Assembly (NCBI GenBank): GCA_963781585.1
Contig: CAWAGQ010000003.1
Span: 64,001-128,000 of the forward strand
DNA length: 64,000 nucleotides
Source: an uncultured Gemmatimonadaceae bacterium
Lineage (GTDB): Bacteria; Gemmatimonadota; Gemmatimonadetes; Gemmatimonadales; Gemmatimonadaceae
Direction of reading: 5' to 3'
The position numbers and the translations under genes are program-made. The notes beneath the pieces are model-generated. The model did not search any database, had not been told where the DNA came from, and saw nothing but the letters and a program-made list of their open reading frames with translations. Within the stretch, counting starts at the first letter, position 1. Every line of letters begins with the position of its first letter. Shown piece after piece: positions 12,552 through 24,838 of this stretch.

Positions 12552-13328
12552 GTGCCCACACCCTGGTTCTTCCTGCTCAGCCCACCGTTGCGCGGCCATG
12601 AGAACATGGCCCTCGACGAGGCGTTGATGGACCGGGCGAGGCGCACCGGACAGCGTGTCCTCCGCGTATACGGTTGGTCGGTTCCCACGCTCTCCCTGGG
12701 GCGCAATCAGCGCGCGCGCGGGATCTTCACCGCCGAACGCGCCCGGTCCTGCGGCGTCGAGGTCGTCAGGCGGATGACGGGCGGGAGAGCGCTGCTGCAC
12801 GATCGCGAGGTCACCTACAGCGTGACGGCGCCGGTCGCGGCCGATCAGTCGCTCCGCGATTCCTATGCTGCCGTGAACCGCCTGCTGCTGCGGGCACTCC
12901 ACACGCTCGGCGTTCCCGCCACCCTCGCTGCGCCACAGGAGCGCGCCCCGCGCCCCGCGAGTGCGCCGTGCTTCGAGCGCCCGTCCGCCGGAGAGATCGT
13001 GGTCGAGGGCCGCAAGCTCGTCGGCAGCGCCCAGCTGCGTGAGCACGACGCCCTGTTGCAGCACGGCTCCATCCTCGTTGACGACGATCAGGCACGGATC
13101 GAGGGTCTTGCCGCAACCCCGGTCGGCCGCGCCGCACCGGCGGCGACGTTGCGCGCGATGCTGGGGCACGCTCCACGTGCCGACGAGGTCGCGGCCGCTC
13201 TCATGGACGCCCTGCGCGCCCTGGAAGATCCGCGAACAACGGAACTCGTGCTCGACGACGAGACCCTCGCTGTGCAGCGGGCGGCGGCGGCGCGATTCGC
13301 GGCCGATTGGTGGACCTGGCGCCGCTGA
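12552..13328 (+). CDS. Lipoate-protein ligase family, LipM-like/small LplA (catalytic domain only)
   Basis: NMALDEAL, LRVYGW..TLSLG.NQ, VRRMTGGRALLH, CF, KLVGSAQ, LQHGSI; about 258 aa with no C-terminal LplA accessory domain. Confidence 0.88.
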   Translation: MPTPWFFLLSPPLRGHENMALDEALMDRARRTGQRVLRVYGWSVPTLSLGRNQRARGIFTAERARSCGVEVVRRMTGGRALLHDREVTYSVTAPVAADQSLRDSYAAVNRLLLRALHTLGVPATLAAPQERAPRPASAPCFERPSAGEIVVEGRKLVGSAQLREHDALLQHGSILVDDDQARIEGLAATPVGRAAPAATLRAMLGHAPRADEVAAALMDALRALEDPRTTELVLDDETLAVQRAAAARFAADWWTWRR

Positions 13329-13362
13329 CGGCCTGCCCGGCGACACCCTAGCTTTGCCTTCC

Positions 13363-14334
13363 ATGGGCGGATTCCTCGTTCGCCGTCTGGCGCAGGGCGT
13401 GGCGATAGTCTTCGTCGTCGTGACCGTCAGCTTCGCGCTCATTCACGCGGCGCCGGGCGAGCCGTTCGCCGCCGTGCTGCAGGATCCGCGCGTGACCCCG
13501 GAGCTGCGCGATGCCCTGCGCGCACGCTATGAACTCGATCGGCCCCTGTTCGTCCAATACACGCGTTTCCTGTCGCGCACGGCCCGCGGCGACCTGGGGA
13601 CCTCGTTCACCTACCAGCGCCCGGTCCGTGAGGTGCTGGGGGCGGCCATTCCGAATACGCTCCTGCTCATGTCGACGGCACTCCTGGGGAGCTTCGCGTT
13701 AGGCATCGGACTCGGAGCCGCCCAGGCAGCGCGCCCCGGTGGCTGGTTCGACCGCCTCACCGACGGAGCCGCGGTCGTCGTCTCGGCCATCCCCGACTTC
13801 TGGCTCGCCCTCGGCGCCATTCTGCTCTTTGCCTATCGCCTGCCCCTGGCGCCACCGGGCGCGATGACCGATCCGGTGATGCACGATCTCTACTCGCCGG
13901 TCGGTCGCCTGATCGACGTGCTGAAGCACCTGGTCCTTCCCGCCGGCACCCTCACCCTCGTGATGGGTGCCGCGATCGCCCGCTTCCAGCGCGCGGCCCT
14001 CCTGGAAGTCCTGCCTGACGACTACATCCGAACCGCCCGGGCCAAGGGCGTTCCCGAACGCCGCGTACTGTACCGGCACGCCCTGCGCAATGCCGTGCTC
14101 CCCACCATCACCCTCGTCGGACTCGCGTTCCCCGCGCTGCTCGGTGGCGCTGTGTTCGTGGAGACCGTGTTCGCGTGGCCCGGGATGGGTCGCCTGGCGG
14201 TCGACGCGCTCGCGACGCGCGACTATCCGCTCGTCCTGGCGGCAGTCATGGTAGCCGGGGCCATGGTCGCCGTGGGCGGAATCCTCGCCGACATGCTGTA
14301 CGCCGCCGCCGACCCGCGCCTGCGCCGTGCCTGA
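13363..14334 (+). CDS. Peptide ABC transporter permease (DppB/OppB family)
   Basis: GDLGTS, DYIRTARAKG EAA-like loop, VETVFAWPGMG; true start at ATG 13363. Confidence 0.93.
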   Translation: MGGFLVRRLAQGVAIVFVVVTVSFALIHAAPGEPFAAVLQDPRVTPELRDALRARYELDRPLFVQYTRFLSRTARGDLGTSFTYQRPVREVLGAAIPNTLLLMSTALLGSFALGIGLGAAQAARPGGWFDRLTDGAAVVVSAIPDFWLALGAILLFAYRLPLAPPGAMTDPVMHDLYSPVGRLIDVLKHLVLPAGTLTLVMGAAIARFQRAALLEVLPDDYIRTARAKGVPERRVLYRHALRNAVLPTITLVGLAFPALLGGAVFVETVFAWPGMGRLAVDALATRDYPLVLAAVMVAGAMVAVGGILADMLYAAADPRLRRA

Positions 14335-15250
14335 CCCGACGCCCGGGTCCGTGGTCGCCTTCGCCGACGCTCCGGTGGCACCGGCGCTGCCGCCGCCGGG
14401 CGTCTCGGCCCGCTGGCGCGAGCTGCTCCGACACGACCGCGCCGGACGGGCCGCGGTCGCATTCCTGGTCGCCCTCACGCTGGTCGCGCTGCTCGCGCCG
14501 TGGGTGGCTCCATACGACCCCGCCCGACAATTCGACCTCGTGGCGCTCAAGCTGCAGCCGCCTTCGGCGCACCACTGGTTCGGGACTGACCTGACGAGCC
14601 GGGACGTGCTGAGCCGCATCATCGCCGGCTCGCGCGTTTCCCTTTCCATTGCGGTGCTCGCCATTGTGCTCACTTCGCTGGTGGGCACCACCTGGGGCGC
14701 GGTCGCCGGGTACAGCGGGGGTCTCGCTGATTCCATCATGATGCGGGTGGTCGACGCGCTGCTCGCGATCCCTCGCATTCTGCTGCTGCTGGGTATTGTC
14801 GCGCTCTGGGGAACGCTCAGCCCCGCGGCGCTGATTCTCCTGCTTGGCCTGACCGGATGGTTCGGCGTGAGTCGTCTTGTGCGGGCCGAGGTGCTGCTGG
14901 TGCGGGAGCGGGAATTCGTGAGTGCGGCGCGCGCCCTTGGCGCGTCCGCGAGCCGGATCATCGTGCGCCACGTCATCCCCCAGGTGCTGCCGCCGGTCAT
15001 CGTCGCCGCCACGCTTGGCCTGGGGAATATCATCGTCATCGAGGCGGGCCTCTCCTTTCTCGGGTATGGCGTCGCGCAGCCGAGGGCCAGCTGGGGCAAC
15101 ATCATCCGCGACGGGCGTGAGGTCCTCGACCGCGCGTGGTGGCTGTCGGTGTTTCCGGGCGTCGCACTCGCCGCCACCGTGCTCGCCCTCAACGTCGTCG
15201 GCGACCGCTTGCGCCGGGCGCTCAATCCACGGCAGCTTCCCGCTCCATGA
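14327..15250 (+). CDS. Peptide ABC transporter permease (DppC/OppC family)
   Basis: [35 protein letters not shown]. Confidence 0.93.
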   Translation: MPDPTPGSVVAFADAPVAPALPPPGVSARWRELLRHDRAGRAAVAFLVALTLVALLAPWVAPYDPARQFDLVALKLQPPSAHHWFGTDLTSRDVLSRIIAGSRVSLSIAVLAIVLTSLVGTTWGAVAGYSGGLADSIMMRVVDALLAIPRILLLLGIVALWGTLSPAALILLLGLTGWFGVSRLVRAEVLLVREREFVSAARALGASASRIIVRHVIPQVLPPVIVAATLGLGNIIVIEAGLSFLGYGVAQPRASWGNIIRDGREVLDRAWWLSVFPGVALAATVLALNVVGDRLRRALNPRQLPAP

Positions 15251-16278
15251 CGACGTCCGCGGCGTCACCTCCGCCGCTGCTGCAGGTCGAGCATCTGCGC
15301 ACCTACTTTCGATCGCGATCGGCGGGAGTCGTCGCGCGCGCCGTCGACGACGTCTCGTTCCGGATCGAGGCGGCCGAGACCGTGGGCCTGGTGGGAGAGT
15401 CCGGCTGCGGCAAGTCGGTGACGGCGCTGTCGATCCTCCGTCTCATCGACCCGCCTGGTCGGATCGAGGCAGGGTCCCGGATTCTGTTCGACGGAGTCGA
15501 TCTGCTCGGGCTGGACGAAGAGGGCATCCGGCGCGTGCGCGGCAATCGGATCGCCATGGTCTTTCAGGAGCCCATGACGGCGCTCAATCCGGTCTTCACG
15601 ATCGGAGATCAGGTGGCGGAGGTGGCCCGTGTGCACGCCGACGCGTCCCGTCGGTCCGCGTGGGAGCGCGCGGTGGAGATGCTGGCGCTGGTGGGCATCC
15701 CGGATCCGCGACAGCGGGCGCGTGACTACCCGCACCAGCTCTCCGGCGGCATGCGGCAACGCGTGCTGATCGCGATGGCGCTGGTGATGAATCCCGCGCT
15801 GCTCATCGCCGACGAGCCGACCACGGCGCTCGACGTCACGATCCAGGCCCAGATTCTCGAGTTGCTCACAACGCTGCAGCAGCGCCTGGGACTCGCCATC
15901 CTGCTCATCACGCACGACCTCGGCGTGATCGCCGAATCCACGTCGCGCGTGCTGGTGATGTACGGAGGCCAGATCGTGGAGGAGGCGCCGGTGCGCGAGC
16001 TGTTCGCCAATCCGCGACATCCCTACACCGAAGGGCTCCTGGCGGCGATTCCCCGACTCGGCCAGCCGCGCCACCGCCTCGCTGTCATCCCAGGCACCGT
16101 GCCACCTCCCACGGCCTGGCCCAGCGGTTGTCGCTTTCGCGACCGGTGTGCGTACGCCTGGCCACGCTGCACGGCCGAGCCACCTCCGGAATACCCGGTG
16201 ACCGCGGGACATGGCGCCCGCTGCCATCTGATGGACGAGCCCAAACGGCGGGTCCATGCCGCCCCGCAGTCGGCGTGA
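15247..16278 (+). CDS. Peptide ABC transporter ATPase (DppD/OppD family)
   Basis: [29 protein letters not shown]-terminal Cys motif; ATGA overlap. Confidence 0.94.
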   Translation: MTTSAASPPPLLQVEHLRTYFRSRSAGVVARAVDDVSFRIEAAETVGLVGESGCGKSVTALSILRLIDPPGRIEAGSRILFDGVDLLGLDEEGIRRVRGNRIAMVFQEPMTALNPVFTIGDQVAEVARVHADASRRSAWERAVEMLALVGIPDPRQRARDYPHQLSGGMRQRVLIAMALVMNPALLIADEPTTALDVTIQAQILELLTTLQQRLGLAILLITHDLGVIAESTSRVLVMYGGQIVEEAPVRELFANPRHPYTEGLLAAIPRLGQPRHRLAVIPGTVPPPTAWPSGCRFRDRCAYAWPRCTAEPPPEYPVTAGHGARCHLMDEPKRRVHAAPQSA

Positions 16279-17408
16279 CCGGTTCGGTGGGTCCTCGACC
16301 CGGCACGCGCGAACCGGCTGACGACGTCCCCGGTGCCCTGGACGCGCCGCTGCTCTCCGTGCGTCGCCTGAAGAAGCACTTTCCGGTGCGAGCCGGGATC
16401 TTTGGTCGGGCGTCAGGCACCGTGCGGGCCGTTGACGGCGTGAGCCTCGATATCGCGGCCGGCGAGACGTTAGGCATGGTTGGCGAGTCGGGGTGCGGGA
16501 AGACCACCCTCGGCCGCACCATTCTGCGACTCGTCGAACCTACCGCCGGCGACATCCGCTACGACGGTGTCGATCTGCGCGCGCTGCGGGGCGGCGCGCT
16601 CCGCGCCATGCGCCGCAATCTCCAGATCATCTTCCAGGACCCCTTCTCCTCGCTCAACCCCCGGATGACCGTGGGCGCCACCGTGCGCGAGGGGTTGACG
16701 GTACACCGGCTCGCCGAAGGCGCGGACGCCGATCGGCGGGTACGGCAGCTGCTGGAGGAGGTCGGGTTGCGGCCCGAGTACGCGTCGCACTATCCGCACG
16801 AATTCTCGGGTGGCCAGCGGCAGCGCATCGGCATCGCGCGCGCGCTGGCCGTGCAGCCGCGCTTCATCGTGTGCGACGAGCCGGTGTCGGCGCTCGACGT
16901 GTCGGTGCAGGCGCAGGTCGTCAACCTGCTGAGTGACCTGCAGCGCGACCACGGCCTGACCTACCTGTTCATCGCCCACGACCTGTCGATCGTGGAGCAC
17001 ATGGCGAACCGGGTGGCGGTGATGTACCTGGGTCGCCTGGTGGAATTCGCGGACGCGGCGGCGCTCTACGCAGAGCCCCTGATGCCCTACACCCAGGCGT
17101 TGCTCTCCGCGGTTCCGGTGCCGGATCCGGTCACGCGTCGCTCGCGCATCGTCCTGGCCGGCGACGTGCCATCGCCCGCCAACCCTCCCAGCGGGTGCGT
17201 CTTTCACCCGCGGTGTCATCATCCGGCCCGGGACGCGTCGTGTGCCCGGCTCGTCCCACCGCTGGAGGAGAAGGCGCCGGGCCATTGGGTAGCGTGTATC
17301 AAGCAGCCACCCGGCGCCGTGAGCTGGGAGGCGCAGCAGGAAGCGGGTGGCACGAATCGCCCCGAGCGATACCTGCCGGCCATCGCACGTCCGCGCGATG
17401 GTGCCTAG
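16275..17408 (+). CDS. Peptide ABC transporter ATPase (DppF/OppF family)
   Basis: [28 protein letters not shown] overlap. Confidence 0.94.
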   Translation: MTGSVGPRPGTREPADDVPGALDAPLLSVRRLKKHFPVRAGIFGRASGTVRAVDGVSLDIAAGETLGMVGESGCGKTTLGRTILRLVEPTAGDIRYDGVDLRALRGGALRAMRRNLQIIFQDPFSSLNPRMTVGATVREGLTVHRLAEGADADRRVRQLLEEVGLRPEYASHYPHEFSGGQRQRIGIARALAVQPRFIVCDEPVSALDVSVQAQVVNLLSDLQRDHGLTYLFIAHDLSIVEHMANRVAVMYLGRLVEFADAAALYAEPLMPYTQALLSAVPVPDPVTRRSRIVLAGDVPSPANPPSGCVFHPRCHHPARDASCARLVPPLEEKAPGHWVACIKQPPGAVSWEAQQEAGGTNRPERYLPAIARPRDGA

Positions 17409-17452
17409 CGCGGGAGCACCCGGCTGCGCACTCTCTCTGCTGGCTGCGCGGT

Positions 17453-17631
17453 GCTGAAAGCTGGAACTGCATGCTGGACGCTTGAGCGGAGCGCCGAAAC
17501 GTGAACGCTGAGACCGATCGCTGAGGGCTGAGAGCCGTACGCCGAAAATTGAACGCCGAGGGCTGAACGCCGAGAGTGGAACGCGGAGAGCTGCGAGCTG
17601 AACGCCGCGAGCTGCACGCCGATTGCTGACA
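17453..17631 (+). repeat. Degenerate 7-bp tandem repeat (GCYGANN), about 20 units
   Basis: gctgagg gctgaga gccgtac gccgaaa..gctgaac gccgaga..gctgaac..gctgaca. Confidence 0.8.
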
Positions 17632-17657
17632 GTGGATCAATCCAACCGGGGACGACG

Positions 17658-19409
<1,752 letters not shown>

Positions 19410-19434
19410 AGGCTGACCGCCGAGCGCTCCGTAC

Positions 19435-21144
19435 TCACGGCCAAACAAACACGCTCGCTGGAATCACCCGCTCGCGAATGCCGCGCACGTCGTTGGGCTC
19501 GGTCCAGAATGTCCTGGTGTGATCGCCGTTGCTGAATCGGAGCTCCCAGCGTGCACCCCCGTCACGCCGGACGGGTACGGCCAGGTCGAGGCGCCAGAGG
19601 CGCTGGGATCCCGGTGGAATCGCGCAGAGAATCCCCACTCCGACCGACGGCTCCCATGGCGTGTCGCGCCCGAGAGCGGCATCACCTGCCCAGAGCTTCC
19701 CCCCATCGATGAAGAACGCCACGCCGGCGTCGGCCGTGCCACGTATGGTACCGACGCGCCACCGCTCCTCGGCCCGGGCGACCAGCCGCTCGCCGCCACC
19801 CAGCCTGGCGTCTCCGTAGCCGCGAACCCCGCCCCGTCCATCGCCTAACGAGAGCTGGAACGGAAGCTCCTGGCGCCAGGCACCGGCAAACTCCACGCTC
19901 CCCACCACCGTGTGACGACGGTGCGGTTTCAGATACCAGCCCAGGCGGCCGCTTACCAGTACGCCTCGCGCGTGCCGCGTGTCGGCGTTGCGCCGCCCTT
20001 CAGCTCCCAGTTCCACTGCGGCAAATGTCGTCGGCGAGCCCACGCCCCCGTACAGCGTGGCCGCGGTGAACCAGTCGGAGCGGGACCGGCCGCCAATCCC
20101 CAACCCGCGCCCCACCGTCAGGCCCAGCTGAAAACCGCGCCGCACGTCCTGCACCCCGTTCAGCGCGTCAAAGCCCACCACGCGAAGGAAGTTGACCTGC
20201 CGGTACCCGAGCAGGAGGTTGAGCCGCGTGGCGTGATAGGACGAAAACCGATCCATCAACGCGCTCGTCGTGTCGGCCACCACCCCGGAATCGGTGACCA
20301 GCACCGGGCCGATCTCCGGCGTCGTCGCTTCCGCCGAGAACGATGCCCCGATCAACCCCAGATGTCCGGCAGCGCCGACCCGCACACCGGCCCCCATGTC
20401 GAAGTAGGCGCGGTGCAGACCGACTCCAAGCACCGGGCGACCCGGCGAGCGAAACGGCACCAGGTCCTCGCTCCCTCCGCCGGACACCCGCCACGCACGC
20501 GGCTGTGCGTCGGTAAAAAACGGGTACGAGACGCTCGTCGCCACGTCGTAACCGTGATCGAACCGAGCCGCCCTCACCTGCAGCTGATACGGCCGCCGGA
20601 ACAGCTGGTAGTTGGTGTATCGGCCCAGAAACGTGTCCCGGTAGAAGTGTCCCTCACGCCACCCTGCCACGGCATAGATGCCCTTGCCTTCGAGGTTGGC
20701 GTTCCCGAAGGTCAGCGCCCGCAGAAAGGGAGCGGTGTTCGTCAGCCCGATCGATCCGACAACGGCCGGCTCGTCGACCGTGACCACCTCGATCCGGACG
20801 CTGTCCCCATCGGCGACCGTGGCGACCGATGCGTCCGCGAGAAACGGCTGCGCCCTCAACACGCGCGCCGTCTCGCGAACGAGGAACTCTGAGCAGGGCT
20901 CGCCCGGCTGAAGAAGCACGAAATTGCGGACCACCGAGGGCGCAGTGGCGACGTGCATCGACGTGACCAGACGCCCCAGAAGAGGCGAACGCGTGAACAG
21001 CCCGCCATACGATGGCGCGTGCGACCGGATCACAACCTGCGAAACCCGCCGTCCCTCGCAAGGTTGCCCGGGTTGCGCTCCCTGAGCGAGCAGCGCGCCA
21101 GGCGTCGCCGCCAGCGCCAGCCGAACCGCAGCCGGGAACCGCAG
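19435..21144 (-). CDS. Omp85/BamA-TamA-like outer membrane protein (putative)
   Basis: N-terminal POTRA-like segment (VRNFVLLQPGE..ETARVLR), beta-strand-rich body, LG..GGVRGY, ERW, FIDGGKLW, RLDLAVP. The frame stays open upstream of the track start to CTG 21144 and encodes a signal-like peptide. Confidence 0.6.
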   Translation of the reverse strand: MRFPAAVRLALAATPGALLAQGAQPGQPCEGRRVSQVVIRSHAPSYGGLFTRSPLLGRLVTSMHVATAPSVVRNFVLLQPGEPCSEFLVRETARVLRAQPFLADASVATVADGDSVRIEVVTVDEPAVVGSIGLTNTAPFLRALTFGNANLEGKGIYAVAGWREGHFYRDTFLGRYTNYQLFRRPYQLQVRAARFDHGYDVATSVSYPFFTDAQPRAWRVSGGGSEDLVPFRSPGRPVLGVGLHRAYFDMGAGVRVGAAGHLGLIGASFSAEATTPEIGPVLVTDSGVVADTTSALMDRFSSYHATRLNLLLGYRQVNFLRVVGFDALNGVQDVRRGFQLGLTVGRGLGIGGRSRSDWFTAATLYGGVGSPTTFAAVELGAEGRRNADTRHARGVLVSGRLGWYLKPHRRHTVVGSVEFAGAWRQELPFQLSLGDGRGGVRGYGDARLGGGERLVARAEERWRVGTIRGTADAGVAFFIDGGKLWAGDAALGRDTPWEPSVGVGILCAIPPGSQRLWRLDLAVPVRRDGGARWELRFSNGDHTRTFWTEPNDVRGIRERVIPASVFVWP

Positions 21145-21699
21145 TTACTTCCCCATCCGGCGCTTGAGATCGGCCAGCCGCGCTTCGGCATCAGCCTCCG
21201 CGGCGGCTCGCCGCTCCGCGCGACCCATCCGATTGAACTCGCCCTCCAGGTTGCCCGCCTCCGTGTCCGGCGGCGTTGAACCAGGGATGTTCGCGCCCCC
21301 CATACCGGATCCGACTCCCGCCGATGCCGCCTTGAACTGCTCCGTCATCTCCTCCACCTCGCGCTGCGCCAGGGCGAACTCACTCTCCTGCGCTTCCTTC
21401 TTCCTCAGAAGCACTGCCAGCCGCTCCTGGTGCTGTGCTTCGAAGCGTGCCGCGACCGACACGGTCTCCGCGTCGCCAATCCCCTCGGCGAGGCGCTTGC
21501 GTCGCTGGACGGTCTCAAGTTCGGCTTGCTCCTTGATCACGCGCCGCTCGGTCACCTGAAGCGACGTGCGAAGGTCGTCGATCGCGAGCCGGGCACGCAC
21601 CAGGGTCTCCCGCATCGTGCCGAGCAGCTCATGGCGGCCCTCTGGCGGAACGTTGCCGTGCAGCAGCTCGTGTAGCGCGCGCCGAACGTCTTCGAACAC
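21145..21699 (-). CDS. PspA/IM30-like coiled-coil protein
   Basis: Coiled coil with RKRLAEGIGDAETVSVAARF and C-terminal ARLADLKRRMG; likely GTG start at 21699. Confidence 0.6.
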   Translation of the reverse strand: MFEDVRRALHELLHGNVPPEGRHELLGTMRETLVRARLAIDDLRTSLQVTERRVIKEQAELETVQRRKRLAEGIGDAETVSVAARFEAQHQERLAVLLRKKEAQESEFALAQREVEEMTEQFKAASAGVGSGMGGANIPGSTPPDTEAGNLEGEFNRMGRAERRAAAEADAEARLADLKRRMGK

Positions 21700-21910
21700 G
21701 GAGGAAAAGAGGAAGAAGGAATCCCGGGCACGACACGGGCCGGGCACTTCGAGGCACAAGACGGTCGCGACCGCCATGTCCGCGCTGATAGGATACAGGC
21801 GCGCGGCTCGCTGCGGCAACACAAGACCGCCCGACGGCGCCCCCGCACCAATCTTGACACACGGATATCCAGCGCCGGCCCGAATTCCCTCCTTCTTCCC
21901 GTTCCACCCC

Positions 21911-22645
21911 ATGAACCCAGTCGTCGCGGTGAGCGCAACCACGCGCGTCACCGACGGAGTCGAACGCGTCCGCCTCAACGCGTCATATGTGCACGCCCTC
22001 GAGGCCGCAGGACTCGTTCCCCTCGTCGTGCCACCGCTCGGCGGGTCGAGCGACGTCGAGTCGATTCTGCGCGCAGTGCATGGCCTCGTACTCACTGGTG
22101 GCGAGGACATCGATCCCGCCCGCTATGGAACCGAGCCACGAATACCGACGCATGCGCCGCATGCGCGCCGCGACGCCTGTGAAATCGCGTTGACGCTCGC
22201 GGCACGGCAGCTGGCACTGCCCACACTCGCGATCTGCCGCGGTGTCCAGCTCGCGAATGTGGCGCTGGGCGGAACGCTGGTTCAGGACATTCAGAGCGAG
22301 CGGACCGACGCCCTGGTGCACAACGGAGATTACGCGCGCAACGCTCGCGTTCACAAGGTACGCATAGAGCCCGGATCACGACTGGCGTCTGCCATAGGCA
22401 CGTCATCACTCACCGTCAATTCCAGCCACCATCAGGCCGTCGACTGCGTAGCTCCGCGTCTCCGCGTCAACGCCACAGCGCCCGACGGTGTCCTGGAGGG
22501 AGTGGAATGGGCGGCCACCGACTGGTGGATGGTCGGCGTGCAGTGGCATCCAGAGGAACTGGTCGACGACAGGGAAGCCTGGGATCGCAGCCTGTTCGCG
22601 GCGTTCGCCACCGAGTGTTCACGCCGCGCTGCGGATCACAGGTGA
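21911..22645 (+). CDS. Class I glutamine amidotransferase, peptidase C26 (PuuD-like)
   Basis: GLVLTGGEDIDP, AICRG.Q..NVALGG, VNSSHHQ, GVQWHPE. Confidence 0.92.
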   Translation: MNPVVAVSATTRVTDGVERVRLNASYVHALEAAGLVPLVVPPLGGSSDVESILRAVHGLVLTGGEDIDPARYGTEPRIPTHAPHARRDACEIALTLAARQLALPTLAICRGVQLANVALGGTLVQDIQSERTDALVHNGDYARNARVHKVRIEPGSRLASAIGTSSLTVNSSHHQAVDCVAPRLRVNATAPDGVLEGVEWAATDWWMVGVQWHPEELVDDREAWDRSLFAAFATECSRRAADHR

Positions 22646-22662
22646 GCCGTGCAGCCTGCTTT

Positions 22663-22732
22663 TGGCCTATGGCCTATGGCCTATGGCCTATGGCCTATGG
22701 CCTGTGACCTTTGGCGCATGGCCTTTGACCTC
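22663..22732. repeat. 7-bp tandem repeat, (TGGCCTA)5 plus 5 degenerate units
   Basis: Read directly; lies between convergent genes. Confidence 0.95.
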
Positions 22733-22733
22733 G

Positions 22734-23462
22734 TCACCCCTGACTCCACCGTGCCTCGTCCCGGACCTGCCGCATGAGCCGCTCGGGAGAATGCGCCGAT
22801 GGGAAGAAGAGCGAGTCGCTCACGCGATTCAGGGCCAGGCGCAGGCGCGGGAATCGTTCGGCCGCTGCGCTGAAGAGATCCTCCAGACCGTGCTGCGCTG
22901 CCAGGCGATGTTGCGCGGCGAGTTCGTAGCCGCGGCGGCCCAGCTCGTCGTAATAGTCCATGTCCGGTCCGCCGCGACGCCAACGCCTCAGTTCGATATG
23001 ATCGGGATACAGTCCGCTCAGCCAGAGCGCATAGTTGCCGAGGTGGGCGCGAACGAGAAACGTGCGAGTCGCATCACCGCGGTCGACCTCTCCGAGCAGG
23101 CCCGATAGCGTATCGTAGACCTCGTCATCGACGTCCGAGATGCGCCGCGCGCGCTCCCGCAAGCCGAAGTGGACCACGATGGACGCCACGTAATCGGCTA
23201 TGCCCCGGTCGGTTTCCTGAACCCCCCGAAGCGCGTTGCGGACCACCACATAGGCAAACAACCTGAAGGAGACGTGCGCCGCCTGCGCAGAATTCATCAG
23301 CGCGGACAGAAGCCGTGGGTCATCGAGCAAGGCGTCTACGCCCTGATCGCGCAGCGCTGCTTCGGCCCGGGTCAGATCTTCGTCCGAGCCGCGCGAGATC
23401 AGGCGCAGCGCGAGCTGCGCATCGTCACGCGTGAGTTGCTGACGAATGTTCGCGAGGATCAT
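22734..23462 (-). CDS. Hypothetical alpha-helical protein
   Basis: GGAG RBS, ATG 23462; HLGNYALWLSGLYPD..YYDELGRRGY motif; typical codon usage. Confidence 0.8.
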   Translation of the reverse strand: MILANIRQQLTRDDAQLALRLISRGSDEDLTRAEAALRDQGVDALLDDPRLLSALMNSAQAAHVSFRLFAYVVVRNALRGVQETDRGIADYVASIVVHFGLRERARRISDVDDEVYDTLSGLLGEVDRGDATRTFLVRAHLGNYALWLSGLYPDHIELRRWRRGGPDMDYYDELGRRGYELAAQHRLAAQHGLEDLFSAAAERFPRLRLALNRVSDSLFFPSAHSPERLMRQVRDEARWSQG

Positions 23463-23657
23463 CCGATTGCTCCGTCGGGTTCGGCGAGTGCATGCTCCCT
23501 TGTACTTCATTGTGACGGAATTCGATTCAGTGGGGAAACATGAGTCCACCCGCGGGGCCGGTCCGACGCGTGCGCTTCGGCCTGGCACTCGCCAGGTCGC
23601 ATTGCTACCAACGGCTGTCGTTGCCGGGATGAACGTGGTTCACAATTATCCAGCCAC

Positions 23658-24734
23658 ATGACGCGGCGCGTCCTGCACATCGACACGGGGCGAGAGTGGC
23701 GCGGTGGCCAGCGGCAGGTCTATCTGCTCGCCAAGGCGCAACGCGAGCAGGGTGAAGAACCGCTTGTCGTCGCCCATCCGGACGCCCCTCTCATCAGGAG
23801 ATTGCGTGCGCATGGCCTTGCCGCGGCCGCGGTGCGCGCGCGTGGTGACTGGGATCTCGCGGCCGCTCGCCGCGTGAGGATCCTCGTGCGCAAATGGCGC
23901 GCGGACCTGGTTCATGCGCACGATGCGCGCGCCCACGCCATCGCCCTTGGCGCGCTGGTCGGTCATCGCGAGGTGCCCCTGGTGGTGACCCGCCGGGTGG
24001 CCTACCCGCCGCGCGGCCGAATGAAATACGGCCGCCTGGTGGCACGTTTCATCGCCATCTCGGAAGCGGTCCGGGACGCGCTCGTTCGGGGTGGAGTCGA
24101 TCGCCGGCGCATTGACGTCGTCTATTCGGGCGTGCCGACGCCCAGCGTGTCGACACCACGTGACTGGCGGACCGAATGCAACTGGCCCGTCGATGCCGTG
24201 ATCTGCGGCGTGGTGGGCGCCATGACCGCTGAAAAGGGGATCGAGCTGCTGGAGCGGATTGCAGCGCGTCTCCACCCTGACCACGCCGCGAGGACGCGGC
24301 TCGTTCTGCTCGGCGGGACGTCAGTGGGCCACACGCTCATCGGCGGCGTGGCCGCCTACCGGGCCGGTTTCGCAGACGACGTTCACGCAGCAATGGCCGG
24401 TCTGCAGGTGCTGTGGCACCCGGCAACGTCCGAAGGCCTCGGGACAGCGGTAATCGACGCGATGGCGCTCGGCGTCCCTCCGATCGCCTTTCGCATCGGG
24501 GGGCTGCCCGAGCTGATCGTCGATCAGGTGACCGGGCTGCTGGTCACCCCCGGGGACGTCGACGACTTCGCTCAGGGTGCGTCGAGACTGATTCGCGACC
24601 AACGGCTGCGGGTGCAGCTCGGGGGGGCGGGGCCGGCGCGGGCCGCGCTGTTCTCGGTGGAACGCATGGTGTCGGGCACGCGACGGATCTATGAAAAGGT
24701 AGCTCGCGCGTCGCGCCGCCCAATGCCGGGGTAG
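23658..24734 (+). CDS. Glycosyltransferase family 4 (GT-B)
   Basis: WRGGQRQ, DLVHAH, EKG, EGLGTAVIDAMALG.P, GGLPELI. Confidence 0.9.
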   Translation: MTRRVLHIDTGREWRGGQRQVYLLAKAQREQGEEPLVVAHPDAPLIRRLRAHGLAAAAVRARGDWDLAAARRVRILVRKWRADLVHAHDARAHAIALGALVGHREVPLVVTRRVAYPPRGRMKYGRLVARFIAISEAVRDALVRGGVDRRRIDVVYSGVPTPSVSTPRDWRTECNWPVDAVICGVVGAMTAEKGIELLERIAARLHPDHAARTRLVLLGGTSVGHTLIGGVAAYRAGFADDVHAAMAGLQVLWHPATSEGLGTAVIDAMALGVPPIAFRIGGLPELIVDQVTGLLVTPGDVDDFAQGASRLIRDQRLRVQLGGAGPARAALFSVERMVSGTRRIYEKVARASRRPMPG

Positions 24735-24838
24735 CGTCGGCGAGAACGCGGCCGCGAGGTGAACCGCGCCTGTGACCTGGTGTACATCGGGCGGGTAGCA
24801 TTCCGCCGCCTGAGGCGTCTAGGTTGTGGACGAGCGCC

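Noticed and set aside
21566..22110. Apparent long overlap of divergent ORFs 21145-22110 and 21566-22645
   Set aside because: Artefact of extended starts; the likely starts at 21699 and 21911 leave a normal divergent intergenic gap.
22663..22732. CRISPR array (also considered at 37410-37500 and 54822-54990)
   Set aside because: Units are contiguous 7/14-mers with no unique spacers, and no cas genes are present.
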